A stretch of DNA of 64,000 bases. Origin: the human T2T-CHM13v2.0 reference genome, Homo sapiens. Shown here one piece after another: positions 15,657 through 27,560 of this stretch. The translations under genes were made by a program, and so were the position numbers. The notes below the pieces were generated by a model. That model made no database searches, was not told where the DNA came from, and worked only from the letters and a program-made list of their open reading frames with translations. The number at the start of each line of letters is the position of its first letter. Within the stretch, counting starts at the first letter, position 1. The stretch spans positions 17,152,001 through 17,216,000 of the forward strand of contig CP068257.2 in the NCBI GenBank assembly GCA_009914755.4. The letters are read 5' to 3'.

Positions 15657-16044
15657 GTGTTAGGCTGTTCTTACATTGCTATAAAGAATTACCTGAGACT
15701 GGGTAATTTATAAAGAAGAGAGGTTTAATTGGCTTATGGTTCTGCAAGTTCCACAGAGAGCATGGTGCTTCCATCTGCTCAGCTTCTAGGAAGACTTCAG
15801 GAAACTTACAATCATGGCAGAAAGCAAAAAAAAGAGCAGGTAGGTCACATGGAGAAAACAGGAGCAAGAGAATGGGGGTGTAGGTGCTACACCCTTCTAA
15901 ACCACCAGATTTCATTAGAACTCATTCACTATCACAAAAACAGCACGAAAGTGATAATGCTAAACCATTCATGAGAAATCTGACCCCATAATCCAAACAC
16001 CTCCCACCAGGCCCCACTTTCAACGTTGGGGATTATAATTACCC
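15657..16044 (-). mobile_element. MaLR (MST/THE1-type) solo LTR, minus orientation, 5' end truncated
   Basis: Reverse complement of the MaLR LTR. It starts 'gttaggctgttcttacattgctataaagaattacctgagactgggtaatttataaag', the reverse complement of the LTR 3' end. It continues '...aggaaacttacaatcatggcagaa...ccccataatccaaacacctcccaccaggccccactttcaacgttggggattataattacccc', then stops about 45 bp short of the LTR 5' terminus. Confidence 0.85.
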
Positions 16045-16525
16045 CTAGTGACCCACTAGCAAAATTTTTGCTTTCTGTTCCTGTGACATTACGTCCTGCT
16101 GGCCTAGAGGTCTTAGTTCCAGAGGGAGGAACTCTGCCACCAGGAGACACAACAACAATTCCATTAAACTGGAAGTTCAGATTACCACCTGGACACTTTG
16201 GTCTCCTTTTACTTTTACGTCAACAGGCTAGGAAGGGAGTAAAGTGTTGGCTGGGGTAAGTGACCTGGACTGTCAAGATAAAATCAATCTACTACTCCAC
16301 ATTGGAGGTAAGGAAGAGCATGCATGGAATAAAGGAGATCCATTAGGGCGTCTCTTAATATTACCATGCCCTGTGATTAAGGTCAATGGGAAACTACAAC
16401 AGCTCAATCCAGGGAGGACTACAAATGGCCCAGACCCTTCAGAAATGAAGGTTTGTGTGGCTCCACCGGGAAAAAACCCACGACCTGCCAAGGTGCTTGC
16501 TGAAGACAAAGGAAATACAGAATGA
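16045..16525 (+). pseudogene. Endogenous-retrovirus dUTPase domain (pol/pro-derived), frameshifted; best fit is an ERVL pol 3' end
   Basis: ORFs 16026-16259 and 16244-16525 (different frames) together read '...LRPAGLEVLVPEGGTLPPGDTTTIPLNWKFRLPPGHFGLLLLLRQQARKGVKCWLGVSDLDCQDKINLLLHIGGKEEHAWNKGDPLGRLLILPCPVIKVNGKLQQLNPGRTTNGPDPSEMKV'. This carries all five dUTPase motifs: AGxDL-like 'AGLEV', 'IPLN', 'GLLLLRQQARKG' (GLIxGRSSxxxKG), 'GVSDLDCQDKI' (GVIDxDYxGEI), and 'GRTTNGPDPS' (RGxxGFGS). No protease follows. Instead about 380 bp of non-coding sequence leads into an LTR, which is the ERVL arrangement (dUTPase at the pol 3' end). Confidence 0.7.
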
Positions 16526-16905
16526 GTAGTAGAAGAAGGTAGTCACAAATATGAGCCATGACCATGTGACCAGCTGCAGAAACAAGGACTGTAATTGTCA
16601 TGAGTGTTTCCTCCTTTTTTGCTGTTAAAAACATGTTTGTGCATGTATACACTTGTACTAAGAAAATATCTTTATTCTATTTCATTTTTTAATCATGTGA
16701 CATAATATTTATTGACTTCATATCGGCATTTAAGTATTCTTAACTTTATGTAATAGCATTTGGGTTGGGGATTGATGCATTTCCGATTGTACAAAAGATA
16801 CTCATATTATGTTAAGTGTAATTATGACCTTATTATTGTCTTTATTTGGAGATTATGTATAATCTCAGGAGATGTATATGGGTTCAAGTTGACCATGGGT
16901 GGACT
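16526..16905 (+). mobile_element. ERV internal 3' non-coding region between the dUTPase domain and the 3' LTR
   Basis: Contiguous with the dUTPase fragment and followed directly by the LTR. Contains a polypurine-like stretch near the LTR border. Confidence 0.45.
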
Positions 16906-17353
16906 TGTAATGGTTAATACTGAGTGTCAACTTGATTGGATTGAATAATACAAAGTATTGATCCTGGGTGTGTTTGTGAGGGTGTTGTCAAAGGAGATTA
17001 ACATTTGAGTCAGTGGGCTGGGAAAGGAAGACCCACTCTTAATCTGGGTTGGCATGATCTAATCATCTGTCAGCACGACCTGAATATAAAGCAGGCAGAA
17101 AAATGTGAAAAGGCTAGACTGGCTTAGCCTCCCAGCCTACATCTTTCTCCCATGCTGGATGCTTCCTGCCCTCAAACATCAGGCTCCATGTTTTTCAGCT
17201 TTGGGACTCACAGTGGCTTCCTTGCTCCTCAGTTTACAGACAGCCTATTGTGGGACCTTGTGATTGTGTGAGTTAATACTACTTAATAAACTCCCATATG
17301 TAGGTGTGTGTATATGTCTTATTAGTTCTATCCCTCTAGAGAACCCTGACTGA
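16906..17353 (+). mobile_element. MLT2-like (ERVL-type) 3' LTR
   Basis: '...gagtgtcaacttgattggattgaataatacaaagtattgatcctgggtgtgtttgtgagggtgttgtcaaaggagattaacatttgagtcagtgggctgggaaaggaagacccactcttaatctgggttggcatgatctaatcatctgtcagc...tcctcagtttacagacagcctattgtgggaccttgtgattgtgtgagttaatactacttaataaactccc...ctagagaaccctgactgatacacc' matches the recalled MLT2B-type consensus. Confidence 0.6.
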
Positions 17354-17355
17354 TA

Positions 17356-18559
17356 CACCTGCTCTAACAGGCTGTTGAATGCCCATGGCTTTTCCAGGTG
17401 CAGGGCATAAGCTGCCAGTGGATATACTATTATTGGGTCTACAAGGTGATGGCCCACTTCTCACAGCTCCATTAGGCAGTGTTCCGGTGAAGGCTCTGTG
17501 TGGGGACTTGAACCCTTCATTTTCCCTTGATACTACCCTAGAAGTTATCTGTGGGGGTTCTGTTTCTGAAGTAGGCTTCTGCCTGGACACCCAGGCTTTT
17601 CATACATCCTTGGAAATCTACGCAGAAGGTGCCAAGACTTATTCATTCTTACACTCTGTGCACTTGCAGGCTTAACAGTACATAGAAGACACCAAGGCTT
17701 ATGGCAGTTTGTACTTTCCTGAGCAGCAACATGAAGAGTATGTGGGAGGTTTTGAGCCAAGGCTGGAGCCGGAGTTGCCTAGACGTGGGGAACAGTATTT
17801 CAAGACTACACAGGGCAGCAAAGCCCTGGGCCTGGCCATGGAAACCATTGTTTCCTACTAGGCCTCAGGACTTGTCATGGAAGGGGCTGCCATGAAGTCT
17901 CTGAAATGCTTTCCAAGCATCCTCCTCATTGTCTTGGCTATCAGCACTTGGCTCCCTTTTTAGTCATGCATACTTCTCTAGCAAGTCGTTTCTTCACAGC
18001 CTGCCTGAATTCCTCTCCCCAGAAAGGTTTTTTTCTTCCTCTGCCACATGGCCAGGCTGCAAATTTTGAAAACTTTTGTTGTCTGCTTCCCTTTTAAATA
18101 TAGGTTCTAACTTTAAGTCATTCCTTTGTTCCTAAATCTGAGCATAGGTTGTTAGAAGCTGCCAGGCCACATTTTGAATGCTTTTCTGCTTAGAAATTTC
18201 CTCCACCAGGTACCCTAAATCATCCCCATGAAGTTCAAACTTCCAAAGATCCTCAGGGCATGAACAGAATGCATCCAGGGTTTTTACTAAGGTATAACAC
18301 ACATGACTTTTGCTCCAGCTCTCAATAAGTTATTTCTATCTGAGACCTCAGCAGCCTGGAATTCGGTCTCCGTATCACTATAAGTATTTTGATCACAACC
18401 ATTTAACCAGTCTCTAAGACATTTCTAACTTTTCCTCATCTTCCTGTCTTCTTCAAAGCTCTCCAAACTCTTTCAAACATAGCTCATTACCCAGTTCCAA
18501 AGCTGCTTCCACATTTTCAGATATCTTTATAGCAAAGGCTCGATCCTCAATACCAATTT
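17356..18559 (-). mobile_element. MaLR internal region (THE1/MST-int-like), minus orientation, 3'-truncated
   Basis: Reverse complement of the same internal sequence family seen at 5269-6821, for example 'ggcccacttctcacag...ccattaggcagtgttcc...' and 'ccaaagatcctcagggcatgaacag...gtcttcttcaaagctctccaaactctttcaaacatagctcattacccagttccaaagctgcttccacattttcagatatcttt'. It ends 'ccaattttc', the reverse complement of the internal 5' start. Confidence 0.8.
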
Positions 18560-19016
18560 TCTTTACTAGACTGCTCTTGTATTTCTATGAAGAAATATCT
18601 GAGAGAGGGTAATTTATAAAGAAAAGAGGTTTAATTGGCTCCCAGTACTGCAGGATTTACAGAAATAATGATACTGGCATCTGCCTGGCTTCTTGGGAGG
18701 TCTCAGGCAACTTACAATCACGGTAGAAGGTGAAGAGAGAGCAGGCATGCCACTTGGTGAAAGCAGGAGCGTGAGAGAGACAGTGGGTGCGGTGCAGGGC
18801 AGGGCTAGGGAGAAGTGCCACAAACACTTTTAAATCAGCAGATCTCATGATAACCCACTCAGTATTTTGAGAATAGCACCAGGGCGGTGGTGCTAAAACA
18901 TTCATGAGAAACTCACCCCCATGATCCAATCACTTCTACCAGGCCCCACCTCCAACACTGAGGATTATAATTCATCATGAGACCTTAGGTGGGGACAAAT
19001 ATACAAATTGTATCAA
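18560..19016 (-). mobile_element. MaLR 5' LTR of the minus-orientation element
   Basis: 'tctttactagactgctcttgtatttctatgaagaaatatctgagagagggtaatttataaagaaaagaggtttaattggct...ggcaacttacaatcacggtagaagg...cccccatgatccaatcacttctaccaggccccacctccaacactgaggattataattcatcatgagaccttaggtggggacaaatatacaaattgtatca' is the reverse complement of a complete LTR. Confidence 0.85.
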
Positions 19017-19861
19017 TATGTTATGCCACAATTATCATATAATTATTTCCATGATTTATGCCACATTAAGATATTTGATTTTTACTCTGAGTGAAATGGG
19101 GAGACCTTGAAGAATTATGAGCATAGACTGGCCCATTTTAAATTTAGTTTCAAATCAGTCATTCTAGATGATCTGATGAGAATTGTCTAACAACATGGGA
19201 AAGCTAAATAAAGAAAGACGACTTGGGAGTGTGTTCACAGCAGTTCAAGATGACTAGTAACTCAAAAAAGGTGCCAACTGAGGAAGTGAGGAGGGGTTAG
19301 CCATTGGGTACATGTCCTGACATACTGGATACTGGACGTGAGAGAAATGATAGGTCAAGTTATGATTCCAAAGATCTTGCTCAGCAACTTGAAGAGTAAG
19401 CTGCTATCCATGGATAGTGGCAGGCTGCAGGTGAAGCAGGTTTATGAGGGGATATCAGAATTCAATTTTGGTTGTGTCTGAAATGTCTATCTGACATCTA
19501 AATTTGAGAAGACAGTTGGATATGTGAGTTTAAGATTTCTGTTACACATTCAAATTGAGGAGGCAGTTGGACATGTGGAAATCAAGAGAGAGTTCTGACT
19601 TAGAGAGATTAATTCAGTAGTCTTCAGCATATGGCCTGTATTCAAAATCATGAGGATGGAATACATTATCAAGGGAATAAGTATTAATTCAAAAGGAAAG
19701 AGAAAGTGGACCAAATAATTGAAGAGTACTGAAAAAGAATTGACAAAAATAAATGGGCAGGACTTGGGGAAGTGACAGAGAAATCAGCAGTAGAGGCTAA
19801 GAAGTGACCAGTGATCTTGGGAGAAAATCAAGACATTGTGGTACTCTACAAGCCTAGTGGA

Positions 19862-19998
19862 AAAAAAAATAGTAACAAAGAGAAGAGAGCAACGGAATGT
19901 GTTACTTAATCTTAACATATCAGGTAAAATATCTACTAAATGAATGTTTCAAAGATAGGTTACAAACGGAAGAATTGGAAACCGGATGCAAAAATAGA
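19862..19998 (+). mobile_element. Sequence preceding a MaLR LTR (probable internal 3' tail of a MaLR-related element); near-duplicate of 23215-23347
   Basis: '...aacaaagagaagagagcaacggaatgtgttacttaatcttaacatatcaggtaaaatatctactaaatgaatgtttcaaagataggttacaaacggaagaattggaaaccggatgcaaaaatagatc', followed by the LTR start. Confidence 0.5.
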
Positions 19999-20662
19999 TC
20001 GATGTGGTTTAATCTCACCTCAAATTGTAATCCCCATGTGTCAAGGGAGGGACTTGTAATCTCCACATGTCAAGGGAAGGAGGGGATTGCATCATGTGGG
20101 CGGTTTCCCCCACGCTTTTCTTGTGATGGTGAGTGAGTTCTCATGAGATATGATGGTTTCATAAGTGTTTGACAGTTCCTTTTTCACATGCTTTCTCTCC
20201 TGCTGCCTTATGAAGAAGGTGCCTGCTTCCTTTTCTACCATGATTGTTAAGTTTCCTGAGGTCTCCCAGCCATGCAGAACTATCAGTCAATTAAAACTCT
20301 TTCCTTGATAAATTACCCAGTCTTGGCTATTTCTTTTTTCTTTCTTTCTTTTTTTCTAAGACAGAGTCTCTCTTTGCATTCCAGGCTGGAGTGCAGTCTG
20401 TCTCCCTGTCTCCCGAAATCAAGTGATTCTCCTGCCTCAGACTCCCAAGTACCTGGGATTACAGTTGTCCACTACCTGGCCTGGCCAATTTTTGTATTTT
20501 TATAGAGACAGAGTTTCACCATTTTGGTCAGGCTGGTCGCAAAGTCCTGACCTTAAGTGATCCACCCACCTTGGCCTCCCAGAGTGCTGGAATTACAGAC
20601 TTGAGCCTGTATTGGGCCTCGGGTATTTCTTAATAGCAGTGTGAAAATGTACTAATACACAG
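19999..20662 (+). mobile_element. MaLR (MST-like) LTR, plus orientation, interrupted by an Alu (20335-20620)
   Basis: 'tcgatgtggtttaatctcacctcaaattgtaatccccatgtgtcaagggagggac...atcatgtgggcggtttcccccacgcttttcttgtgatggtgagtgagttctcatgagatatgatggtttcataag...aattacccagtcttgg | Alu | gtatttcttaatagcagtgtgaaaatgtactaatacacag'. It has a 24-bp internal tandem duplication of the 'ccacatgtcaagggaagg' motif. Confidence 0.85.
20335..20620 (-). mobile_element. Alu SINE (minus) nested in a MaLR LTR, with a ~13-bp TSD
   Basis: 'tttttctttctttctttttttctaagacagagtctctctttgcattccaggctggagtgcag...cctcccagagtgctggaattacagacttgagcctgtattgggcc'. The TSD is 'cttggctatttct' / 'ctcgggtatttct', which corresponds to contiguous LTR consensus 'cccagtctcgggtatttct'. 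Confidence 0.9.
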
Positions 20663-21149
20663 ATATTCCAAAGAGTTTTACTACAAAGAAAGCAAGGACT
20701 GGGGCAGTAGCTAGAAGAAGAAATAGAATCAGCAGAAGTGTTATTATTGTAGTTGGTATTCTATTCACTTTTAAAATTGAAGAAATAACAGTTTATTTGG
20801 ATGTTTATAGGAATAATTCAATAGACAGCAAAATTTATGATGTATGACAGAAAAAGAAGAGTTGCCAGGGAAGTGCCCTGAGCAAGTAAGAAGTAATAAG
20901 TTAGTACTTAAGTGGAAGGATGTACTTTGTGTAAGAGCAAGGAAATGTCATCTGCTACAGCAAGTGGGAAAAAAGAGTATGTGAAAGACACTGCTGATTA
21001 ATTTCAATTTTCTAGTAAAGCAGGAAACAAGTAGGAAGCAAGGTCATATGGTATGACTGTTAGAGGAAGGGCTGGGAGTCACTGGGAGGATAAATAGTCT
21101 GCCTCTTGCCTGGCAGTACCGAGAGCCCTCCAAAGCCCGAAGTGATCTG

Positions 21150-21600
21150 GTCCCTAATATCTCTCTAACATTGTGCTCTATGACTTGCCTTCTCAATATG
21201 TAGGCCTGGCTGTCTTGGTTCCTTAGCCATTTCTAGGAAATGCCAAGCACACTCCTGCCTTAAAAAATGTCAAACTTTTGCTCCTTCTGCCTAGTATACT
21301 TTCTCCTGATCTCCACATAGACTCTTCCTCACTTCATAAAGCCTCTGTTCAAATGCAAGTCTTTGCCTAAACAACCACCTTGTTATTCTGTATTCTCTTA
21401 TCCTACTTTATTTTTCTTTTAGCACATATCAATACTTGACTCATTTATTTGATTATTTATTGCCTGCCTTTTCCCGATAGAATTGTATTTCCATGACACT
21501 AATCTTAGGTCCTAGAAAATGACTGGTAGATAGTAGGTGGTCAATAATGAACTCTGTTGAATAGATGAATAAATGTATGAAACAGTGAATGAGTAAATGG
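21150..21600. repeat. Possible ancient interspersed repeat (MIR/MamRep-like 3' end)
   Basis: Ends with the '...gtaggtggtcaataatgaactctgttgaatagatgaataaatgtatgaaacagtgaatgagtaaatgg' motif typical of old SINE/LTR termini. Weak call. Confidence 0.2.
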
Positions 21601-22797
21601 TTACTAGGGAAAGAGAACAGAGAAAAGTGGGGTGTGTAGCAGAGCTAAATTTCTATATACTGTAATGGAAAGTGCACAATCGGTAGTATCTGAGTCACTT
21701 ATTTAAGAGACATGGTCTTTAAACAATTGAAGTTAAATCACAGTAGGAACAGATAAAGTATCAAAAATATTTGCCTTTGGGGAGGTGTTGGCATGAGAAA
21801 GGGCACATACTTATCTTTGGTTATAGCCTTTTAACATTGTTTGATTTTTTCAAACTTTGAGTTCATAACATTGATAAGCACTAAAAACATATTATTGTAA
21901 AAGGCCAGTTTGAATGCAATGATGCATTTTACAGCCATTTCTGCCATCTAAAGTTGTATGATCTAAGCTTTTTGCTGCCCCCACAGAAGCAACCATCTGA
22001 ACAAACTGAAGCTTGAACGCCCCATAGTTCAACAGAATTAATGGTAGATTCCTTTCAACTTTGCTCTCTTTTTCCATATTACAGTCACCTTCACTAGCAG
22101 GTTGCAAATAGTCATGCAATAATGTCTATTTTATTTCATTTCAAAGAGCTCTGTTTAATGCATTTGTTGTACTTTTGAATATGACTAAATCCCAATTCAT
22201 TCTTCCACAGGCAGGAGATGTGAAGGCAGATTGTCTGAATATCAAGATGCTGTCCTAAATTATATGAGGTATAGATGCATAGTGGCATGCAAATTATTTT
22301 ACATCTCTGTACTTTAGTTTCTTTCTTCATTGTTAAAATGAGAATATCTATACTTTAGGCCTCTGTGGGTGAAAGAAATTGAATATGTACAATATTTACA
22401 ATATTACCTGGTACATAGTACACAGTAAATACGAAACACATCATAGTAATTATTATTATTATAAATACTATTTCAAGCTGTATCCAAATGGCTAGATGCG
22501 CTTGCATTCTGCTCTTCAGATATATAATCAGTAAGACAATGATGAAAGTGGATGCAAGAACACCATGTATTCAGCAGACAGATTAGAGTTTAATCAAGAG
22601 TGTTTCTTAAGTTCATCATATAAAACAAAATGAAAATCTGTGGATTCTACTGAAAATGAAAACTGAATATTAAAATTATCTCTAAACTGAGTTTAAAATG
22701 TTAACTTTGAAAATAGTGAGCTGAAAATGCTAAGAAATCATCATTAAAAACTAAGGGCTTTTTTGTTTCATTTATTCGAATTCTTTCTACCTGCATT

Positions 22798-22875
22798 TGT
22801 GAGTGTGTGTATGTGTGTGCACGTGTGTGTATGTGTATGTTGTGCATGTGTGTATATATGTGTGTGTATGTGCAG
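22798..22875. repeat. Imperfect (TG)n / (TGTA)n-rich simple repeat
   Basis: 'tgtgagtgtgtgtatgtgtgtgcacgtgtgtgtatgtgtatgttgtgcatgtgtgtatatatgtgtgtgtatgtgcag'. ORF 22807-23004 is its translation. Confidence 0.85.
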
Positions 22876-23214
22876 TTGGAGCCAAGACAGGCAGATGTAT
22901 ATAAGAATTCCTGCCTTTCAAATTATCTGAATATCCATGCTTTTTCAGGGACTATTAACATACATCAGAAAATAATTCCTCTAAATAAAATATCCCTAGC
23001 ATAAATACTCGGCCAGCGCACAGCTGTATAAGGGCCCTGACATATCAGAGGTGGAGGAAGTCTATAGCATCTTCAGCTCTAGCCCTATACTCTCTATTTT
23101 ATACAGAGAAGCAAGAGATCTGGAAAAGGGGCAGAACCTACTCAGATCCTGATCTCTAGACCCATGGTTCAGAACTATTTTAACTGTGCCATACAGCTTC
23201 AAATAATCCAAAAC

Positions 23215-23410
23215 GAAAAATGTAACAGACAAGAGAGCAATGAAATGTGTTACCTGATCTTAACATATCAGGTAAAATATCTACTAAATGGAGTAGCATG
23301 AAGATAGGTTACAAAGAGAGGAATGGAAACAGGATGCAAAAATAGATTGAATGGTTTGGCTCTGTGTCCCCACCCAAATCTCATCTCAAATTGTAATCTC
23401 CACGTGTCAT
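23215..23410 (+). mobile_element. Truncated MaLR-related fragment (internal tail plus first ~60 bp of LTR), paralogous to 19862-20045
   Basis: '...aacagacaagagagcaatgaaatgtgttacctgatcttaacatatcaggtaaaatatctactaaatggagtagcatgaagataggttacaaagagaggaatggaaacaggatgcaaaaatagattgaatggtttggctctgtgtccccacccaaatctcatctcaaattgtaatctccacgtgtca'. Confidence 0.6.
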
Positions 23411-26400
23411 TTATCCTTATGGTTGGTTATTGATTGAACTTTATCTCTGTGATCTTATTATGAACGATTTTGCTCTCTCTGGATGGCAGTAGTCTTAAAT
23501 AGACATATATTTTATGAAAAAAATGTTATTTTTTAACCTACTCCTTCATAAAGAAGTGGAGAAAATGCCACTATTTATAGGAAGATAAAGTAAGTGGACA
23601 TTTTATGAAGGCATACGTTTAAATTAGATGAACACATAAATCTGTTGCTGAAATTACCTGCAAATATACAGAAAATACTCCAGCTCAAGACAATACAACA
23701 CAAATCAGGTAGAAAATTACTTGCCTATAAATCTTAATCTACTGCAATTTTATTTTCCCTCATCTATTTGCCATGTGGCGCTCCTGAATTTTAGGTGCTA
23801 GGTCTATTACTTGGAAATAGGCTTGTCCTAATAAAACTGACGTTTCTAAAGGGCTGTTTTCATAGAATCATGCCCCCATTTCTGAGATCCCTAATTCAAC
23901 ACCTTTGACAGTCTCAATTCTTTGCAGGGTACAATACCAGGAACAAAGGGGAAAATACAAATAAAAGCGAAGAAGAAATGGGAGCAGGGATAAGCTCTTC
24001 AAGTTGTTTTAGTCCTCATAATTCAAAAAGTTATAAAGTTCTCTTACACCGAAACTAAATGTCTCAATTTTAACTCTACTTTTGGTCTTCTATCACTGAC
24101 AGGCAAACTCAGGCAGTCTTTTTTTTTTTTTTTAAGCAAAGCAAATTTTATTACACATAAAATTAATATATCAATATACAATAAGTTACACTGTTTTATC
24201 TTACTGTACATTAATTCAGGAGGCAATTTTTACTTTTTCTTTAATCCCACTTCTTAATCCCAGCAAAACTTTCTCAGGCAGTCTTTTAAATGATTTTTGG
24301 ATAAGTTCTCTCTACCTAAACTTTGATTAATTTTTTTAATTCAACCCCAGATTTTATCTCCAGTAATTGATTGATTATATGTTACACGCACTCAGTTTTC
24401 ATGGAAGTAGTGAAAATCCACCGGTGTTTTTAAGTTAAAGTTTTCATGTAAGAGCATAACATCGAATACCAATGAGCAATCTGAAAGCAGGATGGGATTT
24501 CTTATTCAACTCTTATGAAATTCACACTAGCCAATGAATTCTGTTCCATTTAATCACATCATTTCAATATTTCCTGTGGAAGGCAGCATTTCAGTCGAGC
24601 CAAATCGGGAGACTTCATCTTCATGAAGTACTTCATCTTTGAAAGAGGCTGCTTGTAGTCATGATTTTTCAAGCCTTTTAGGCATCTTTAAGCAGTATAC
24701 TTCAAGATCCCCAGGAACATGTGATATTAAAATAATTTTGTATATTAACATTTGAAACCAGTCAGAAAAAATAGCTTTGCTTTTTATTTAATTATAGATG
24801 CCACAAGCTAACATTTACTTTCATTATTATAGGAGAAATATGAATTGCTATGTAGAAAATGTCAATCGTGCAAAATATGGTATATCAGGCTTTATAAATA
24901 AATATTTCATAAACTAGTTTATGTAATATCAGGAATATTTAAAAACAAGGTTTTGTTTCAAATAAAATTGCATGTCACTGGGTTAAGCACAAGTAGTTTT
25001 CTTTAGTATAAGACTTACTTTCTTTAAAACACAGAAATGCTCCCTAAGTATTCACTAAGAAATACATTATGTGGTATAGCCCAAACTTATTTGACTATGG
25101 GACCTATATTTCTTGGAGCATCTTTCCAGAAGTGAATTCCAAGAAAAAAGATTTTAAAGCATAGTATGAATAAAAGCAGTAATAGCATACTTCATTAACT
25201 TTAATACTTGTAGATGTTTTATTTCCTGTCTTTCCTTCTCAAATAGGAGTACATCTTTTAGAAAAAAATGGGTAATTTGAAATATGTCTTTGTACATTAT
25301 CACAAAACATAATACCTGAAGATGGCAATTGTTAGTAGTAAAGCCTTTGTTTTTTCTGTTTTGTTTTTTCAGTTTAGCAGTGATATACTGAACTGATAGT
25401 AATGTTCAACTGCACACTAGTCATTTGCTTATAAATCCAAGATAGCTCTAAAATACTCACCAAAATATTTTCTGTTAACTGCTTGGTCAAAATTTTATCC
25501 TTGCAACTAATTTTTCTCCCACCTTCTTATTTGATAAAAAAAATTGCAATGTACTAGCAAGATTGGGTCAGTTAGAAAAATTCAAATATCTCTGTTACAT
25601 GGTTAAATTTTTTTTAAAGTCAGGCTACTTAATAATTTTCATCTCATAGGTATTTCTTTACCAGCCTGTCAATGTCATAAGAAAATAGTTATTTTCAGAC
25701 AATGAAAGTGTAAAGTGAGGAATTTTCACAAAAGTATTTATTAAAATGTGAGAAAGTATTCGAAGCTGTGAATAGGATATACCTTCAGGATGATTATTTT
25801 TGCAGGTCAAAATAAAATGGCAGTGGCAGATTTCTTGAAAAAGAAACAAATGCTGATGAGTTGAGGAAGTGAGAGGACAAACTAAAACCTACAATTTTTT
25901 TTAGAAATAGCTACTTTAAAGTTTTAAACGACTCACATAAAATGAATTCTATTAACCCATTTATATATGATATAATTTTGGAGTGCTTTATAAGTTCTCA
26001 CTGATTTTACCGCTGACACTAAGTAGTAAGCCTTTTTGTTGTTGTAGCTCCATCTTAGAATATCTCCATCCCAAGAATCTTTAAACAAATTGAATTTACA
26101 AAAGAAGTCAATTTTTGTTGTTGTTGAGGTGAAATCGTGTCATCAATATACATAGGTACCTTCTTTAATTTTTAGGAATGTTCATATATATGTAAGACAA
26201 CATTATTTCAGTTGGCTTAGAAAATAATTTTTTCTGGTGAATTTATATTTTTGTTATTTTGATCCTAAGTTTAAAAATATATTCAGATGACCAACAAATA
26301 CACCCAAATTGAAGATTTTAAAAATTGTTTTTCTTGTTTGTTTATGTGCTCATTAGTTTATGTTCTTTTAGAGGGACAGAAAAAAATGTTGTTCTTAACA

Positions 26401-27430
26401 CTTTCGAGATAATTAAAGGAGACAAAAAATATGTGGAATATTCATTTCAGCTATAGAACTAATACTGTTTTGGTTTTATATGAGCACTCACTGAGTCCTG
26501 TCCTCCAGACCTTAAAAATACCCTTGTGGTGTCAAACATTATAGAGGTTATAAACAGAAGTATTGATTTTTTAAATAATATTAAATCATTGAAAACTGAT
26601 GATAGAAAAATTGGAAGATTTTTGAGATTAAATAAACCAGGCTGCTAATATGTGGACCTGCTTCAAGCAAGCTTAGTAATTAATATTGCATCCTGTTCAA
26701 CTTTTTCAAGTTTCAGAATCAGAGGAGAACCAAATAATTTTCAACCGTTTTTATTGTTGCCGTTGTTTTGTTTTATTTAGTTTTGATTTTATTGGAGTAT
26801 AAATTGTTAACCCTACTTAGCAGTCTTCGGACTGGCTCAAATATTTTTCTCTCTTCTTTGGTTGTATATGCTCACTCTGCCTCCTTTGTTTATAGTTTTC
26901 ATATAATAGTTACATGTTCCTCTCCCCACTTAGGGCTACCAGAAATAATACAAATGAAGAGCCTCTCATCTCTTCAAAAATAGGAGATACAAAATCCCAT
27001 CAAGTTTCATATCTGTGTCTTCATATTAACCTCTTTGGTGGGTATAGACCATGGTTTGTTTGGCTTGTTATTTACACTAAATTCAAATGTAAAGCACAAC
27101 CTCATTCAAAACAGTAATGAAAGATGAAATAGATAGTACATAAATACCTGACTAATAAATATCAATAAATGAATGAATATATAGATGAAAGTTGTAGTAA
27201 GAAGCTTCCCAGAATATCTGATGGACTCTAAGCATCGTCTTCCCTTCTGCTTCACTTGCTACAAATGATTTGTGTTCCATCAGGGTACAATTTCCCAGGG
27301 AGCTTCTTAAATATGCAGACTCAAGGTCACACTATTTCTCTTCTACCCTAACTCCCTGCCTCCTCTGCCCCTGACACACACAAACAAAGATTTGAGAGGG
27401 TCTAGGAATTAGAACTTAATGCAGGTTGTT

Positions 27431-27560
27431 CATGAATTTTATACCAAACACTCTAATCACTGGAGTCAGAATAGTCAAGAAAAAGATATATATTTGAATG
27501 TGGTTTGCCACTTATTTTAAATCAGTCTCATGAATAGAACAAAAAATAAAATAAAAAAGT
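27431..27560 (+). repeat. Copy 1 of an unclassified ~120-bp low-copy repeat (paralogue at 31751-31868)
   Basis: 'aaacactctaatcactggagtcagaatagtcaagaaaaagatatatatttgaatgtggtttgccacttattttaaatcagtctcatgaatagaacaaaaaataa' is about 90% identical to the second copy. Confidence 0.6.

Noticed and set aside
16026-16525. Possibility that the dUTPase ORFs represent an intact, functional gene
   Set aside because: The domain is split across two reading frames with no start codon context. It is embedded in ERV sequence with an LTR 380 bp downstream. Called as an ERV-derived pseudogene fragment.
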